In this document: in pieces, positions 12,801 through 29,204 of the stretch | Layout of the letters: each line of letters opens with the position of its first letter | How positions within the stretch are numbered: position 1 is the stretch's first letter | Assembly (NCBI RefSeq): GCF_038025025.1 | Contig: NW_027117343.1 | Coordinates: 992,001-1,056,000, forward strand | Source: Phyllosticta citribraziliensis | Taxonomy: Eukaryota | Length of the DNA stretch: 64,000 nt | Direction of reading: 5' to 3' | Notes under the pieces: model-generated | Seen by the model: the letters and a program-made list of their open reading frames with translations, nothing else | Database searches by the model: none | What the model was told of the DNA's origin: nothing | Translations under genes and position numbers: made by a program

Positions 12801-13585
12801 AAGCGAGCACGGCACGGCCAACTCGCAATTTGGGGGGTCATTGGCTGAGCCGTCCGAGTACCCTGGTACACGCTGGTGGTCAGCGGACAACGTACATCGC
12901 TTTGGCCTACATGGCTGGCTCCCGTCTGCCTGCCTGGGTAAGGAAGCGGTCTGGTCCGTCATTTGTGCGGTCATTCGGATGGGAACCGCACGCAAGTTGA
13001 CGCCGTGTCCCGTGGAGTTGGTCATTTCGAACCATTGCCTTCGTGCTGCAAGCTGCAATCAGGTCATCTCATGGAATCTGGTCAATGAAGGTGAAGCCTC
13101 TGACTTGCCCACACGGACTGCCCGCGATGAAAGGCCCACTTGTCGCGTCGATCAAATCATCAAAGGCACATGTCACAGCATACATCACTGTGAGACTCAT
13201 TTTTGAGAAGCGCATTTTGTGATTATCTGAACCCTAGGTAATCCCGCAACTCAAATTTGCAACCCTTTGAACCGTTTTTGTTTCCATGACCAGGTCGGCA
13301 GATCGTGTCCGCTAGAAGAAGAGTCTTCGGACGGGACAGTCAGTGGAAGTAGTAGAGCGAACCCACCAGCTGCCCCAGATTGGCATCCTCCACGATCCGC
13401 CGTCGTATTTTTTTGAATTTTGAGCAAGCATTGTGATGAGGGGAAGCTGATTGTGTGTACTCAAAGGTCGGAGGGGGTGAGCAGGCGTTGGAGGAGCAGA
13501 AGCACCAACCGCCTTAGGCGTGCGTCGTCATCAGCAGGCGACGTGTTGGACATTGAGCTGGATGGTGAGTGGAGAGCGCACGGGT

Positions 13586-15608
<2,023 letters not shown>

Positions 15609-15903
15609 GTTGACGCTGGGGTTGGTCAGCTTGATGAAGGCGATGCCAGGCGTCTTCGGGTGAAGGAGGAAGCGATGGGTAGATGGAGGAGAGAGAGAGG
15701 ACGGAGGAGGGAGGGAGGAGGAAGCTGGATGGCCGACACGTGGGCGGTGTCCAACAAGCGAGGATGGAAGGCGGGCGTAGGAGAGAGAGGCGAGGGCAAA
15801 GCAGGAAGGCGGAGGGGCAAGGACTTACACCGAGATTGAAGTTGAGGAGGTAGAGAGGCGTCTCTGTGATCTGGTCGAGGCGGAGCAGGGAAGTTTGGAA
15901 GGC

Positions 15904-15943
15904 GGAGGATGTAGAGGGAGGATGTAGTGGGAGGATGTAGAGG
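15904..15943. repeat. Short tandem repeat of a GGAGGATGTAG core, 3 copies, in the purine-rich tract upstream of the helicase
   Basis: ggaggatgtagagggaggatgtagtgggaggatgtagagg read directly; the minus strand is CT-rich, typical of fungal core promoters and 5' UTRs. Confidence 0.6.
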
Positions 15944-18208
15944 GAAGGTTGAGGAGTGGGCGAGGGGGAGGAATTTTATCCTCCTGGTGGACTATCGTGG
16001 GCTCGGCGACGACATAATCAACGACTCAGCCCCAGCCTTCACGATAGGGGCACTTGGAGCAGGTGCACAAGCACCCACCGAGGAAAGTGACGGCCAGCAG
16101 GACACGGCAAACACCAAGGATACCCGCTGTGAATGCCCCGGCCCGGCCATGCTTTGGCTTCTGAACGACACTTTTGGCATTGAGTGCATCTCTGACTCCT
16201 GCCTGTGAGCGCTGAGAGTTCTGCCCAGGCATTCTTCCATCTCTTCTCAATGCCTTTGTGCAGCAAAAAGTGGCTTGCGGTACCTTGAGCAATATTCCCA
16301 ATGTCTCGCGTCCGTCACTCTCTTCTTGTGGCTCTACTGACAGGCGGACGCAGACATTGATGCAACCACCCGCCCACCACGAAGCCATGCTGCAGCAGAG
16401 CAACTTCATCATCAAGCTGAGGCAACCCCTCCAGCGAGCAGAAGACTAACCACAGCCGACGACAAAATCTGGAGGAACATCGGAGTACGGGGAATGGCTC
16501 CAATGCACCGTTGGGGCAGAGGTTTCGCCAACGAGGATAATCTCTAGCATTCGCTTCCACAAGGACGTCGACCGACAGGCCAACCCAGCGCACAAGGACA
16601 CTGGAACAACGAGGAGCAGTGGGAGGGGGGAGAGAAATGCGCGGGTTCACCCTTCAGAGAGTTATTCCATCCCAGAGCCATTGGTACGGAACCTCGTCCA
16701 AGACCACGCATCGATTCGGCTCGTTTCCCAGGAATTTCCCATCGATTCGGTGCCTTCCGATACTGGGTCTTGAATATGCTTTATGGTATCACCGCGATGC
16801 TGGGGCCTTTCTGTGGATACATCGGACGAGGCATTCTCTTTACAAGGCGCCGCCCTTCATTGCATCAGCTCCCGAGCACCCAAGAAAGGCTGGAAGCGAT
16901 TCTTTGGCCGGACAGAAATACCCTTGCATGTGCATACCAGAAATCGCAGTTGGGGGTGGCAGGCGGCCGAGGCGACATTCGAGTCTTCAAACGGCAAGGG
17001 TTCCAAGGCCAAAGGGAGAAATCGAGGTCGCCCTATGGCAATTCTTGCGAGGAATGCGGACAATCATCTCAAGGTTTCCAATCCTTGGACATGTTCCTGC
17101 GCAAAGCACAATCATCTCTCTGCAACTTGATGTGGGACTCGATTACTGCCACCCAAGGGAACCACAATGTCACACCTTCCTAGCTCTTTCTTTCCGATCG
17201 GCATGGGGTCATACTCGCACTCATCGGGATTCGAGGCGCCAGAATGTGCTGATATGGCAAGGCGAAGCGCACCAGTTGTGGTGGTGGAAGAAGGGCCACG
17301 CTACCTGGTGCTCCACTCCACACTCGTCTCTCGCAGTCCGGTTGGAAGGTTGCTCTTCCGAGTACTGCTTGCTTATTTTTTCAGGAGATGGGATCCAATG
17401 ATCACCGCTACTCATTGCTTACGCGCACCGCAAGAAATTCGGGCGCATGTTTCTGGGCTTCGGCACTCGAGCCATTATTCTACCAGCTGACGTGTATGGC
17501 AGCAAAGACTTCAAGGCAGCAAAACGAAGCCTGTCGTTCGTGCACGTAGGCGAGGAGTTCTTCAAGGCTTCCGGGTTGATGGATTTCGAGGTCGTGGCTC
17601 CCCAGGTTGGTGGCTGTCCAGGTCGTCCAGGTCGTCCAGGTCGTCCAGGTCGGCGGCGCTCTTGTTGGTGTCTCGACAGATGGCTGCCCCGACATTATCG
17701 TGGGTCATTCTCACGGGCGAGATTGCGGATGTCGCGGCAGTGCGCTCTTCGTCCCACTCTTGCGGCTTGCCGGCTTGAAGCAGCTGAGCAAGCGCGTCCG
17801 TGTCTCTCTCCCCTGGGTGGGGGTTTGAGCTTCGACAAGAAGGCGACCGATGGTCTGTTCGTGTCACGGTGGAGAGTAGAAAGTTGGGAGCATCATGAGA
17901 TCGATTGTCCAAGGAGCGGCTACTTTCATGGAGCGTCTCGGTCGGGCGTGTTGTGGTTGTGGAGAAAGTTGGCGTTGGCGCGCGGCGCGGGATCAGCAAA
18001 CCAACGTCGTCATCGCATTCCAGCCACCCAGCGTCCATGTGCCGAAGCCGCCCTTTCCACCGATGACCACGGGCTCTTGCGCAACCAGGTTTCTTCTGCA
18101 CCACAGCTTGGAATGGACATTCTCGACGTTCTTCAGGCCTTTGCCAGGCAATCAAACCCCCAAGGCAATCTTCCGTCCTATACTTATCCTCCCTAACTCG
18201 CTCCTAAG

Positions 18209-20518
18209 ATGAACGACCCTGGCGTTGACGATCCTATCAACAACGCCGCCGAAGACCTCGAAAACAATGCCTATGAAAGCATCCGCCAACAAGTAGCAGA
18301 GGAGGAACATGATTTTCTCGATCCCAGGTGGGAATAACTCTCAGACTTCATCTGGTGTGCACTCTGACGACCACAGTCGGTGGTGGTTTGCGTCGACCGC
18401 CTGTCCACTCATCGCAGGAACATTCGGGCCCCTTGCCAACGCCTTTTCAATATGTGCGCTCGCGGTCAAATGGAGACTTTACATACCTCCAGGACATGAT
18501 GAAACTACGGGAGAATTTCTCAGCGATCCAGCCTGGTTAGATGTGTATCCCCGAGCATTGCCCTCTTGCTAATCATTGTGCAGGCTTCTCGCCATCAACG
18601 TCGTATCCCTGGTTTGCGCTCTTGTCGCAAACTTTTCTCTGCTACTGAACATGGCACGTCGACTGTCATTTAATGTTGCCCAGCCCATCACGATCGGTGG
18701 ATTCTCCGTTGCGTCGGTGCTTCTAATCGCGCTGGTCTGCGTCGCCTCCAGCTCACATTTCCGGTTGCAGCCGGCCGCATCTCACGCGCTTTCCCAAGCC
18801 TACTATTATGCAATTATTGCCGCGTCCATCTACGCCATTGTTGCTCTTCTAATGGTGCTGACCGTCTACGGAGCATCCAAGAATCACTATGCCAAAGAAT
18901 TCAGGCTGACAATAAGCCAACGTACGCTGATGCTCCAAACAATCAGTTTCACGGCCTATCTGCTACTTGGCGGGCTCGTTTTCAGCAGAATTGAGGGTTG
19001 GGATTTTCTGGATGGTATGTAAGTACCACACTCCAGATTAAGATTACATTCATTAGATATTATTCTTCAAGAAGTTAACCCCTCTCCAGATACTGGGCCG
19101 ACTACACATTACTCACCGTCGGTCTTGGCTCAGACTTTCCTCCAAAGACGCACCTCGGACGCTCCTTGCTCTTTCCTTTTGCTTTTGGAGGGATCCTCAT
19201 GGTGGGTCTGGTCATAGGCTCGATACGATCACTCGTGCTGGAACGCGGCAAAGCCAAAATCGACGCTCGAATGACCGAAATTAGACGCGAAAAAGTGCTC
19301 GAAAAGATTAGCGCCCAAAAGCGCATCGTCACTATTGGATACTTCCAGAAGGTGAAGTTTGTCCACTCAGGGCTGTCAGAGCTCGAGAGACGGGAGCAAG
19401 AGTTCGACGTCATGAGAAAGATTCAGTCTATTGCGCAAAAAAGACGACAGTACACAGCACTCCTCTTGTCCATACTAGCGGCCTGCATTTTGTGGTTCAT
19501 CGGTGCTGTCGTCTTCAAGGCTACTGAAGGGAAAAATCAAGCATGGTCTTATTTCGACGCACTGGTAAAGTTTTCCCAGCTACTGCGTGCGTGATCGACC
19601 TGCTGACCTTTTCAGTACTTTTCCTACACAAGCCTGCTAACCATTGGATATGGTGATCTTTATCCGCACAGCAATTCCGGTAAACCATTCTTCGTCATCT
19701 GGTCTCTTCTTGCCGTGCCGACGCTCACCATCCTGATCTCCAACATGGGAGACACGGTTGTGAAAAGCTTCGCAGATTTCACCATCTGGTTGGGAAGTCT
19801 TACCGTCCTACCCCACGAAAGCGGCATTCGGGCCACTGTCGAATCCAACCTAGCAAAACTACGCCAGAGCAGTCTTCTGAAGCGCGACGCAAGTCTTTCA
19901 GAAAATCAGAAGCCCTCTGGCCGTCGATCCGGTGCTAATGGGGAGCATTCAGAGGACTCCTTCGAAGACAAGAAAAGCCATCTCGACTCTGTGGCGCTGA
20001 ATCACCTGTCCAAGCACATTGAAGACGAAGAGCTATTGGAAGCGGAAGAAGCAGGCGAAAAAGGCGATACCTTGGAACGGGACATTCACTTTTATCATTT
20101 CGTTCTTGCCAAGGAAATTCGAAAGCTGATGCGCGACGCTGCGGCCTCGCCGCCCTGCCAGTACACGTACGCGGAATGGGCGTACTATCTCAAGCTAATA
20201 GGCCAAGACGAGGCTGACCCAGAACGCCATCGCAAACCGCCCATCAAGCCCAGACGCCGCCATCTTCATCAACACGATGGCGGACCCGACCTTGGTGTTG
20301 CTGGTGGTGATCCGGGAGAAGAGGGAAGCGGATACAGCTGGAGCTGGCTGGGAACCCGTAGCCCGCTGATGGGTAGCAAGTCGGAAGCGCAGTGGATACT
20401 TGAACGGATGAGTGCGACATTGGAAGCGGAGCTGAAAAAGATGAGGGCCAAGAACTACAAGGAGAACAGAGGGAAACCGCCTATCAGTATGGAAGACCTG
20501 CGACGTAAAAAATCGTGA
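18209..20518 (+). CDS. TOK1: Outward-rectifying two-pore-domain potassium channel TOK1 (4 introns)
   Basis: MNDPGVDDPI start; RWWFASTACPLIAGTFGPLANAFSICAL; LTISQRTLMLQT; pore loops YTLLTVGLGSDFPP and YTSLLTIGYGDLYP; C-terminal WSWLGTRSPLMG. Confidence 0.93.
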
Positions 20519-23500
20519 TGGATTCTTCGATTCTACGCTGCTCCTCTACGTCTGGCTCTTCGTCATTTAGCATCACTTTTCATCCGAATGGTAGTGTTAT
20601 TCGAAGCCTTGCCACACTGAAGTTTGCATGATACCCTTGGCATATATTTCGCCTACGTCTATCCAACTTTCGCGAAGTCCGCGATTCATCAGTCTTGAAG
20701 AGGGAAATCATCGCGCCAACTACTCGCGACAACTACCACTTGACTTTCGCTCTCATTTTTCTCTCTTGAGCGCCACAACAGCTTCCATCTTCTCGAGAGA
20801 CGAGACCCTTGCCTCCATGACTCTTAGCCGCCAGCCAAAAACATGCTGAAGAATGAAAGGGAAGGGCAATGATCCAGACCGGGCCTTGGAAATAGTTATC
20901 CAGCGAACATGGAAGGCTGTTTGACCACGAATATAGCCTGAGTATTGCGGAGCGACCCGCGGACTCGACTCGAGGCAACGCGCGTGTTCATCCGGGACCA
21001 TGCCAGCACGCAGATGCGGGCATTGCACTCGACATTATTCGGAGGGCTCGTACTCCCCGAGCTACGAATCTGCTGGGTAGAAAACCGTTCTCGAGAGCGT
21101 TCGGCCATTATTCCGGGACCAAACTCCTCGGCGATCGACAGCGACGCGGGAGCAATCAAGCTTTCGCACGTGCGATAGCGCGGAGAAGCTTCTCTGTCTC
21201 TTGGGTAAATTTCAAAGTCGCACGTTGTGGCTTGTTCCCGTCGAACATGGTGGATTGTACTCGCAGGGCTGGCTAAGGAGACCCGGCTTGATTCAGCGGT
21301 TTCCCAGGTTTGTTCTTCAGCATGGAACACGGGGCTCTCTTCCCCGGGGCCTTCAAAGTTGAGGTCTACAAAATTTTCAGCGCCAAAGGCGTTTGAGGCG
21401 GGCACGACTGATCCACAACGGGGAAAGGTGGGTTCTGGACCCAAGGCTCTCCTTGAAACCAGGTTGTCAGACCACTTTCTAAAAAAATTGAGGCTCTGTT
21501 GGTAGCCTCATGGGGGTTGCTGTGGAAAGGAAGGGTCCAAGAGCAAGGTTTGTCAGGCCTGCATTTGCAAAATCCAGGCGCGACACGGGCAATGTCGATG
21601 AGACTTTGTCCACTTCTTGTATCGTGAAGCTGCAGGACGAGATGCGCATGTACAACGCGGGGCAGGAAGACATGATCGACGGGATCTACTGGTGTTGACG
21701 AGCAGATCCACGGATCCTTCACCACGTCATTGCAACAACGACCAAGAATATACGGAGTACGAGTGACGATGTTGCCAAGGGTGTTCATTTTCGCAGTGAG
21801 ACTAGGACAGCACAACGGAAGGAAACCTGGCGACGGGCGACACAGGCCCGAGCCGAGCCTCGCCTCAACGTCCTTCCTGCCAGGCTCTGTGTCTCGACTC
21901 AACACCAACTTTCGACCGTCAACCAGGCTCATTCTGTCGGTCAAACCCATGTCCAGCCCTTCAAGCCGTCGACTCGCACGTCTGGACCCTCAATCAGCAG
22001 TCTTCGGCGCCGACTGCTCCGTGGACGGGCGACGGTTGACAGCCACCGGAAATCCCGAAAAACCGGCCCACTGTCGTGATCGCAGATTTTGATTCCGTAG
22101 AATCTAGCTCCATGTGAAGCCATCACGAGTCTGTCTCACCATCGACAGCCCATCCACTACTCAGACAAGTCGGTGTACGCCATGTAAACGACCCATCGGC
22201 TGCGACCGGACGCGGAGCCCATTTCCCGATTGCAACAAGTCACCAGTCATCACCACTCCGCCAGTCGAGGAGACAGACTAGGACGTCTCTTTCGTGGGCC
22301 CAAGCTGCTCTTTTGACACAGACAAAAGGACCTTCTCGCACAGACTGCGCTCGCTCCCTGTCAATTGGTCATCCACAGCACTCGTCAGCAGGCCTTTGGC
22401 ATGCCAAAACGCAGCAACTTTCGAAAGCACAAAGACATCATGCTTCCAGTTGCTAGCGGGTTGCGCATGCCGCCAGCACGCCATGTAAGCACTCATGCAC
22501 TCTACCTTCTTTTTTGACGTCCGCAAAGGTGCATTCATATCGGCCCACATGCTCCAAATCTGCCCCTGCCCCTGCCCCGCACTCCGCCAAATCAATTCGA
22601 TCCCGGGCCAACCCCCGATGCAGCCATCACCGTGGAGCTGATAGTGCCTGTTTTGTCCAGTCTCTGCACCTCTTTCAAACTCCTCCACCCGTGATCGGCG
22701 GCCTCGCAGCTGGACTATTGTCGAGAAGGAGGGTCCGATGACTCTATCCGTTTCACCATGGAATATATGCATGAATACATGCGTCTCCCTGGTGGTGGTG
22801 TGGGGGAATATGTCCGTTGGACTGGATTGACAGCAATATGCACACCCTGCGCATGCAAGCTTGTCTATCCGCTTCTTCGCCCGTCCTTGGGCGTCTGGGG
22901 CTGCTTTTCGTTCGTTTCATTGGCTCAAGACGCCATTCGAGGAAGAAGCCGTCCCCACTGGAGATTTCTGTGCAAGCCGCCGTGGCACAAACTTGGACCG
23001 CAACGCTATGAGATGCAGCTTTCCAAGTGAACGCAGCCAACGGACCAGCCTCCGCCACCACCTTCAGAGAACCATCAGGAAACTGGCATTCATGGGAGCT
23101 TTCTTTCAGGCATCCAAATCGACGCTTTGGGAATCGGCTGCCGCGGAGAAGCACATGGAATGACACCACGTTGAACGCCGCAACATGAAGGCTTTGACCG
23201 CTCCTCTCGACATTGATCCCGTGGACACTCCATGATCAAAATGGCCACAATCAGGGTCTAGCGGCTCGTTGGTTCCATCATGATTGGCTTTTGGGCGTCC
23301 CTGCGGAGCCTCCCTGCTGCCAGTACTGCTCTCTTCCTTGCAAGTCCAAGCAGCTGCCCTGGCTTGGTGCACATGTCAGCAATTGGTCAACAGAGGAGCG
23401 AGTCAAGGGAAAAATGAGGGTATGTATGGGGCCAGGAGAGTCCGAAATGATGTCCAGCGCCTTGCTGCGCAGGAGTGTGCTGACGAGCCTGCAAGTCGAC

Positions 23501-26500
23501 CGTTTTGTATCACCAATATCTCCAATAAAGCGATGCTGCTAGGGCGATCAGCGGTTGCGCCGCAACGCGCGCATGCATGAGTAAGGAAGAAAACAGCCAC
23601 ATATCCACAGCCACAGCGCGGAACAAGCAACATCTGGGAAGCCTCCGTGGCAGTATATTTTCCGCATCTCCAAAGCTCGACAATTAGCAACATGTGGAAC
23701 TCCGGGTTGTTGCCGAGCAAAGACCTATCTGCGAGCGTTCGTTCATAAATAATCCCAAGTCTCCTCGTGGTGCGCCTGCTGCTTGGAACTTGACAATACC
23801 GCTGACGTCAAATTTCAATATATTGAAGCCCATCAGCTTGCTGTCTCCGATTCTCTCAACGGCCTCTGAATCATGTCCATACAGCGACAGTCTAGCCCGC
23901 CCTGCATGACGAAAAATCGAACTTGGCGCACCTGCACCAAACGTGCTTGTGAGCACTTTGTTTCCTGCTCGGGCGGCCCGATTTTGTTGCGCAAGCTGCC
24001 AGCGATGTGCTCAAATCTCTCGCCAGATTGATTAAATGAGAGCCACCAGCCACTCCCTACGCTCCCGGTGCACCTTCGTCCCGGAGATCCCTCGTCCCGC
24101 AGTACCGCTGCACAAGACGGACCCGCAACAGCACAAACACAATTCATATCGAAGCGCGCTCTCACCATCTTTCCGCCACTCATTGTACGGTGGACAGCAC
24201 GTTGCCACCGTTTGGTGCAGCAAGCAAATTGTGCACAAGTGCCTTTTCAGTTGTATCTCTAGGCCCCACCACGTTCCGTCGCAAGTGGATCTCGCTTGGT
24301 GGCAACCCCTGTCGGCCGACGCGTTCTCGAACGCTCTGGGCCCAAATCCCGGTGCTGTCGCGGGCAGCAGAAACTGACAGGGAGGGGCCCGCATCCCATG
24401 CAGCGAACCCACTCCAAGACGGAAAGATGCAGGGGTAGGGGGTCGAATTGGGGAAGGGGGCTGGGACAAAATTACAACAAGACGACGTGGACCGGCAAGC
24501 TGCATCACTGAAACATACGATCCAGCTGTTTCTCAATGGTTCTTGTGGAGAGAGCAAGAGAGAGAGAAAAAAAACTCAGGTAGGTGGCCGCAGGCAGGCA
24601 AGGCACAGGGGACCTGCTAGCGGTTTCCATGCAGTGTTTGGGGTTGGCATGGATGTTTGGTCTTGCGTGCTGGCTCACTGGACACGGTCTGTTTCGCGCA
24701 GCCCCCGACTGCTAGGCATCAGCTGCTCTATGCTTCTGCTCCCATCGTCTCCTGTGGCAGTGAGGGTGCAGTCTCATTGCCATTGCGCAGGCAGACGTTT
24801 CTCGGTCGTCCGAATGTCCATGGGAGCGAAAGCAAAGCCAACAAACGACTGCGGCACGCGGTAGCGCATGGCTCCGGTAGGCACAGGAAAGATTCGGGAG
24901 ATCAAGAACGTTTACGCGTGCGCCCGCGGACGCTGAGGAAGACGGACCAAATCAACGCCTTCAAACGGCTGCGCCGCAGTTGCTTACTCTTGGGCAGCGT
25001 CGACTCCGACTTGCTCATGGTGACAAGTCAGATGCTCAGGATGGCCGGGAAAGCGTCCACAACCGCAACTCTTGGGACGCGGTTGGAAAGAAGATGAGTC
25101 TGGCCAGGCAGTCTTGGCCGTCCTTGTCCCTCTGACTGTGTGGCTCGGGCTGGACGCTCCAACAGACACGGAAGGGTATCCTTGTGTTGTCAATTCGGGT
25201 TCCTTTCCTTGCGCTTCCAAACACGCGTCCAATCTGTGGTGACTCACTGACAGCTTGCAGCAGGAATATTTGCACCACGTAGCAACGCGTGACATTTTGC
25301 TCGTCAAGCGCTGCCAGTCATAGTGCACACAGCAGCTGCCAAACATTGTTGCGCACATCTCGCGTGTGTACTCATTGTGCATTGAAGGGCGTGTGCACGA
25401 ACTGGGCATCTAATCTCCCAGTGCTTTGAGCTAGTTACTGGATCGACCCGTCCCGCTCACTAGCTTTGAAGGTCTGCAAGTCGGATGTCGATCCAGAGGT
25501 CAGCTCGTGGTCTCTACATCAATCATCTTCCGATCCATTCTCTTTGATCTGTTCATGTCGGCAGACTCGAATTGGCCTGTCCGGGAATCTTTCAGAAGCT
25601 GTCCATGCGCATGGGCCGTCTCCTTCAGCCGAATTGGGAGCATTTCTTTTCCCACCAGTCTCATCCACAATCCATTTTCGTCTCGCTCTCATTCGCTCTC
25701 ATTCTACATACAAAGACTATAACAGGCAGTTCAAAAAACTAGCGAACGTGCTGGAAAAGCCAAGTCAAGCCACAGATGGCAGAAGCCCTACGCAGCGCTA
25801 CTGAGTACGAGGGAAGTATCCACTGACGACATCATCATGTACCTATCCGCCGTTTTAACCGCAGCTGCACTTCTGTTTCGCTCGGAGAAAGGGCAGAAAC
25901 CGGTTTCAAGTTGGTGGTCGACCAGGTTTCCCCACTTCCGCTGCAGGCCCTCTGCCAGTTTTTCCTGCTTCTGCACCTACAACAGAAGGAGAGGAAGAGA
26001 GGAAGAATTGGAGTAGGTGGTTAAGACCGGATAAGAGCGAAACTTGCTCACATGTGCTCCTGCCACACACAGAAGGGACAGCGAAGCGCAGGGCCAACAA
26101 AAAGTGCTACAACGTACAGACGCGGGAATAACGCGGCGGCCTTGCTCTTGTACTGTACATACCTATTGGCTGCAGGCGTGTAGGACTACCTGCTTGGGCA
26201 ATTCGCTGCGCCTTTTTCTCACCACACACCTGTATGTCCACTCTCCCTCCCTCCCTCGCGTTCTAGCTGTCCCTGCCAGCTGTCACTCAATACACACATA
26301 CATACCACTGTGTGGCCCTTCCTAGAAGGCCATCTCGCAGCCAAAACAGCAGATAGACAGGGCCCGCTGCCGCCGGCCCATCAGTCAGATGTCAGCCAGC
26401 AAGAGTTCCAGCCCCGTCTTTCTTCTGCCCGTCCGGACCACCCACGACACGTGCGCGCACGAGCACAACCAACACGACACGGCAAGTCAGTCCAAAGAAG

Positions 26501-29204
26501 CGCGCGCGTGGTGGCTGCTGTCCGTGGGCTACAATATCCTTTTCCAGACCAGCGAATACGCATACGCGGTGGTGGCTGTTTTTATCTCGGACTTCTCTCG
26601 TCCGTCCGCTCGCTCGACAGTCCAGGTAGGTACCGTCGGCGTGGAAAACCACATCCACCTTCTACGCACCCTTGTCCTTCCCGCTCGTTCTTTTACCCCC
26701 CCCTCCGCCGCGGGCATCCTTGTCACCGACGGGCTGGGTTGGGCTGGAAGGATGGATCCTCGTGTCCGACTGTCCGCTCGCTCGAACCCCCGCGTCGGGT
26801 CGCTTCGGGTGGGGTGCGGTTGAGCCGGGCGGGCTGTTTTGCTTGTTGCGAAGGGATGGAAGTGAGAGCACAACCTCAACGGACGAGCTTCGCGGACGGC
26901 ACTTGTTCATCCGTGCAGGGCGTGTGGTGGTGCCGGCAGAGGATATCCTGATGGCTGCGCTCGTGAAATTCTCTTGCTGAGGATAGTCAAGCAAGCACCA
27001 AGTGGTCTGGGACACATGAGGGAGTTCTCTTTCTCTCCTTCACTCCTCCACTCTTTCTTGCCATGTGCATGCCACAGCAAGCACTCCTCCTCCACTCCTC
27101 ACTGCGATAATCTGGTCGGCGCGACCGAAAGTCTCTCGGCGCTCGCGCCTAAAACTACTCCATCCACGTTATTGTTCCCACCCCTTCCTCCCTTCCCTCC
27201 CGTCGCCCACTCACTGGCTCGCTGCTCTCTCCCAAACTCTCCTCGCAAATTCAAATCGACTTAGACATTTTCGCGTGGTCGTCGTCGTCGTCGTCGCGCC
27301 GTCAGTGCCCGCACCGCACAGCGAGCGACCAAGGTAGCCTTCCCGCCCTGCCCGCGCGCGGCGGCAGCTTAAGTTGGGATGATTGATTGAACGTGTGGCT
27401 CGGAACGTTGACCATGCCCGCGCCAAAGAAGCACGCATCCTTGTCTGGCTGAGCGCGTTCGTTTCTTCGTCCAGACCAGACCAGACCAGACCAACCAGGC
27501 AGCCCCACCACCACCACCACCGCCCCAGCGCAGACAGCCACGCAGAGGTTCCTCGCCGCCGGGCCCCGGGACGCGCGCGAAAAAACAGTGCGATCAGAGA
27601 TGACTTGCGCGGCCGAGACGCGGAAGGCCCGATGACTGAGCTTCTTTGCCATGTGCTGCGTTGGCTAAGTTGGCTGTCTTGCTACTTGATTGATTGATTG
27701 GCTGGCTGGCTGGCTGCACGCTCGCGAGCATGTGTGGAGGAGGGAGGGAGGGAATGGAAGCGCGCGGGTTGATGGTGCCGGGCCGCTGGGGACAAGTGAG
27801 CGACGAAGCAGTCAAGCAGGCAGGCGGGGTCAGATGGGCTGGCGTGCGTGCAGAGCAGAAGAAAGCTGACGAAGTGGCGCAGCTGGTGGTGGTGGTGGTT
27901 TTGGTGGATACGCGTTTTCCGTAGAGCTGGAGAGGGCTGTGGTTGGCTTGGTGGAATGGTGGTGCCTTTGGGCAGGTGTGCAGGGCAGAGAGCAGGCAGA
28001 GCAGGGCAGGCCGACGGCAGCTCTGCAGGGAACAGACAGCACAACGGCAATGCGACAGGTTTGTTGTGGGCTGATGTGGCCTTGATGCGGCCGCTGCGGC
28101 TGTGCAGTGTGTGTATGTGTGAGTGTGCTGATGCGTCGCTCTCCCGCGGCGTCGCTGCTATGTCCGAGAGAGAGTACCATGGTCCATGGATGGTGTCAGC
28201 CACGGGCAAGGGAGGGAGGGGTGGGAAAAGTGCGGCAACAGTAAAGCGCGAGCTCCCGAACGCTGAGGTGAGAAAATGGTTGGTCCGCCATCCGGCACAT
28301 CATGGGCTGTGCCGGACTTGTATCCATGGATGGCGTTTACATATTTTGCACAATTCGAGGCGGTGATTGGGTTGGTACCGGCAACGCGGGTTGGGCGGAT
28401 GGGGGGCATGGCATGGTACACAGGACGAGGGCTTCTCAGGCAACAGTGGCTGTAGTGCAGATGCGCATCTATTTCGAGAGGCATTGTATGCGTAGTATGG
28501 TGGAGAGCGCGCGCATGTGACGCTCGCTCAGAGTGATTAAATCTCCAAAAGGAAAATGAAGGAAAGCCTGTGGCCCCAAAAAAAAAACCCCCCCCCCAAA
28601 AAACAACTTCTCGCTGTACCAAAACAAAATCGGGGGATATCATCTCTCTGTGAAGAGAACCAAGAAGTGCAGAAAACAAAATGGCCACGCGTGGCTGTAG
28701 TGGCAGCCGGACGATCTACGCCGTTGCAAAAATAAAAAAGTTGGCCAAACACCTCGTGCTGTGCAGCTGCTGTTGTTGACGAGGAATCGAAATATAAAAA
28801 AAAAGGTCAAAAAGGATTCGAATGGAATATTCCTGGCGCCTGTCCCGAATGCTTTTTCTCGCAAGTGGCTCGTAACGTCGTGGGTCCTCCTCAATCAACC
28901 GGCAACAGGGCCTTCTCTTGCTCTCGCTCTTCCTTTCTCTCGGCCCTGGTGGCGGTGCCCAGCGTCATCCTCAAGTCGAATCGAGTGCTGGCTCGTCTGT
29001 CTGTTGAGCCTTGCTGATTGAAAGGGTGGTCTCCTCGAGGCAGGAAGCGCGTCGTCGCGGTCCTGGCATGGGCTGAATCAAAGGTCCGGACAGTGAATTG
29101 AGCGGGGTGGTTGGTGGTGGAATGGTGGTCAGGTCATCAACGGACGGCGGTGTCGAAGTGTTCAGGGATGCGGTCGATGTTGAGGTGGTTGAGCGGTTGA
29201 CGGC

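Noticed and set aside
16619..18196. 260-aa and 249-aa plus-strand ORFs and a (CCAGGTCGT) repeat near 17618
   Set aside because: Arg/Trp/Cys-rich random-like composition with no motifs; the region is the shared upstream interval of the helicase and TOK1.
26310..28366. Several overlapping 100-200 aa ORFs
   Set aside because: Driven by GC-rich low-complexity repeats on both strands; no domain or splice support.
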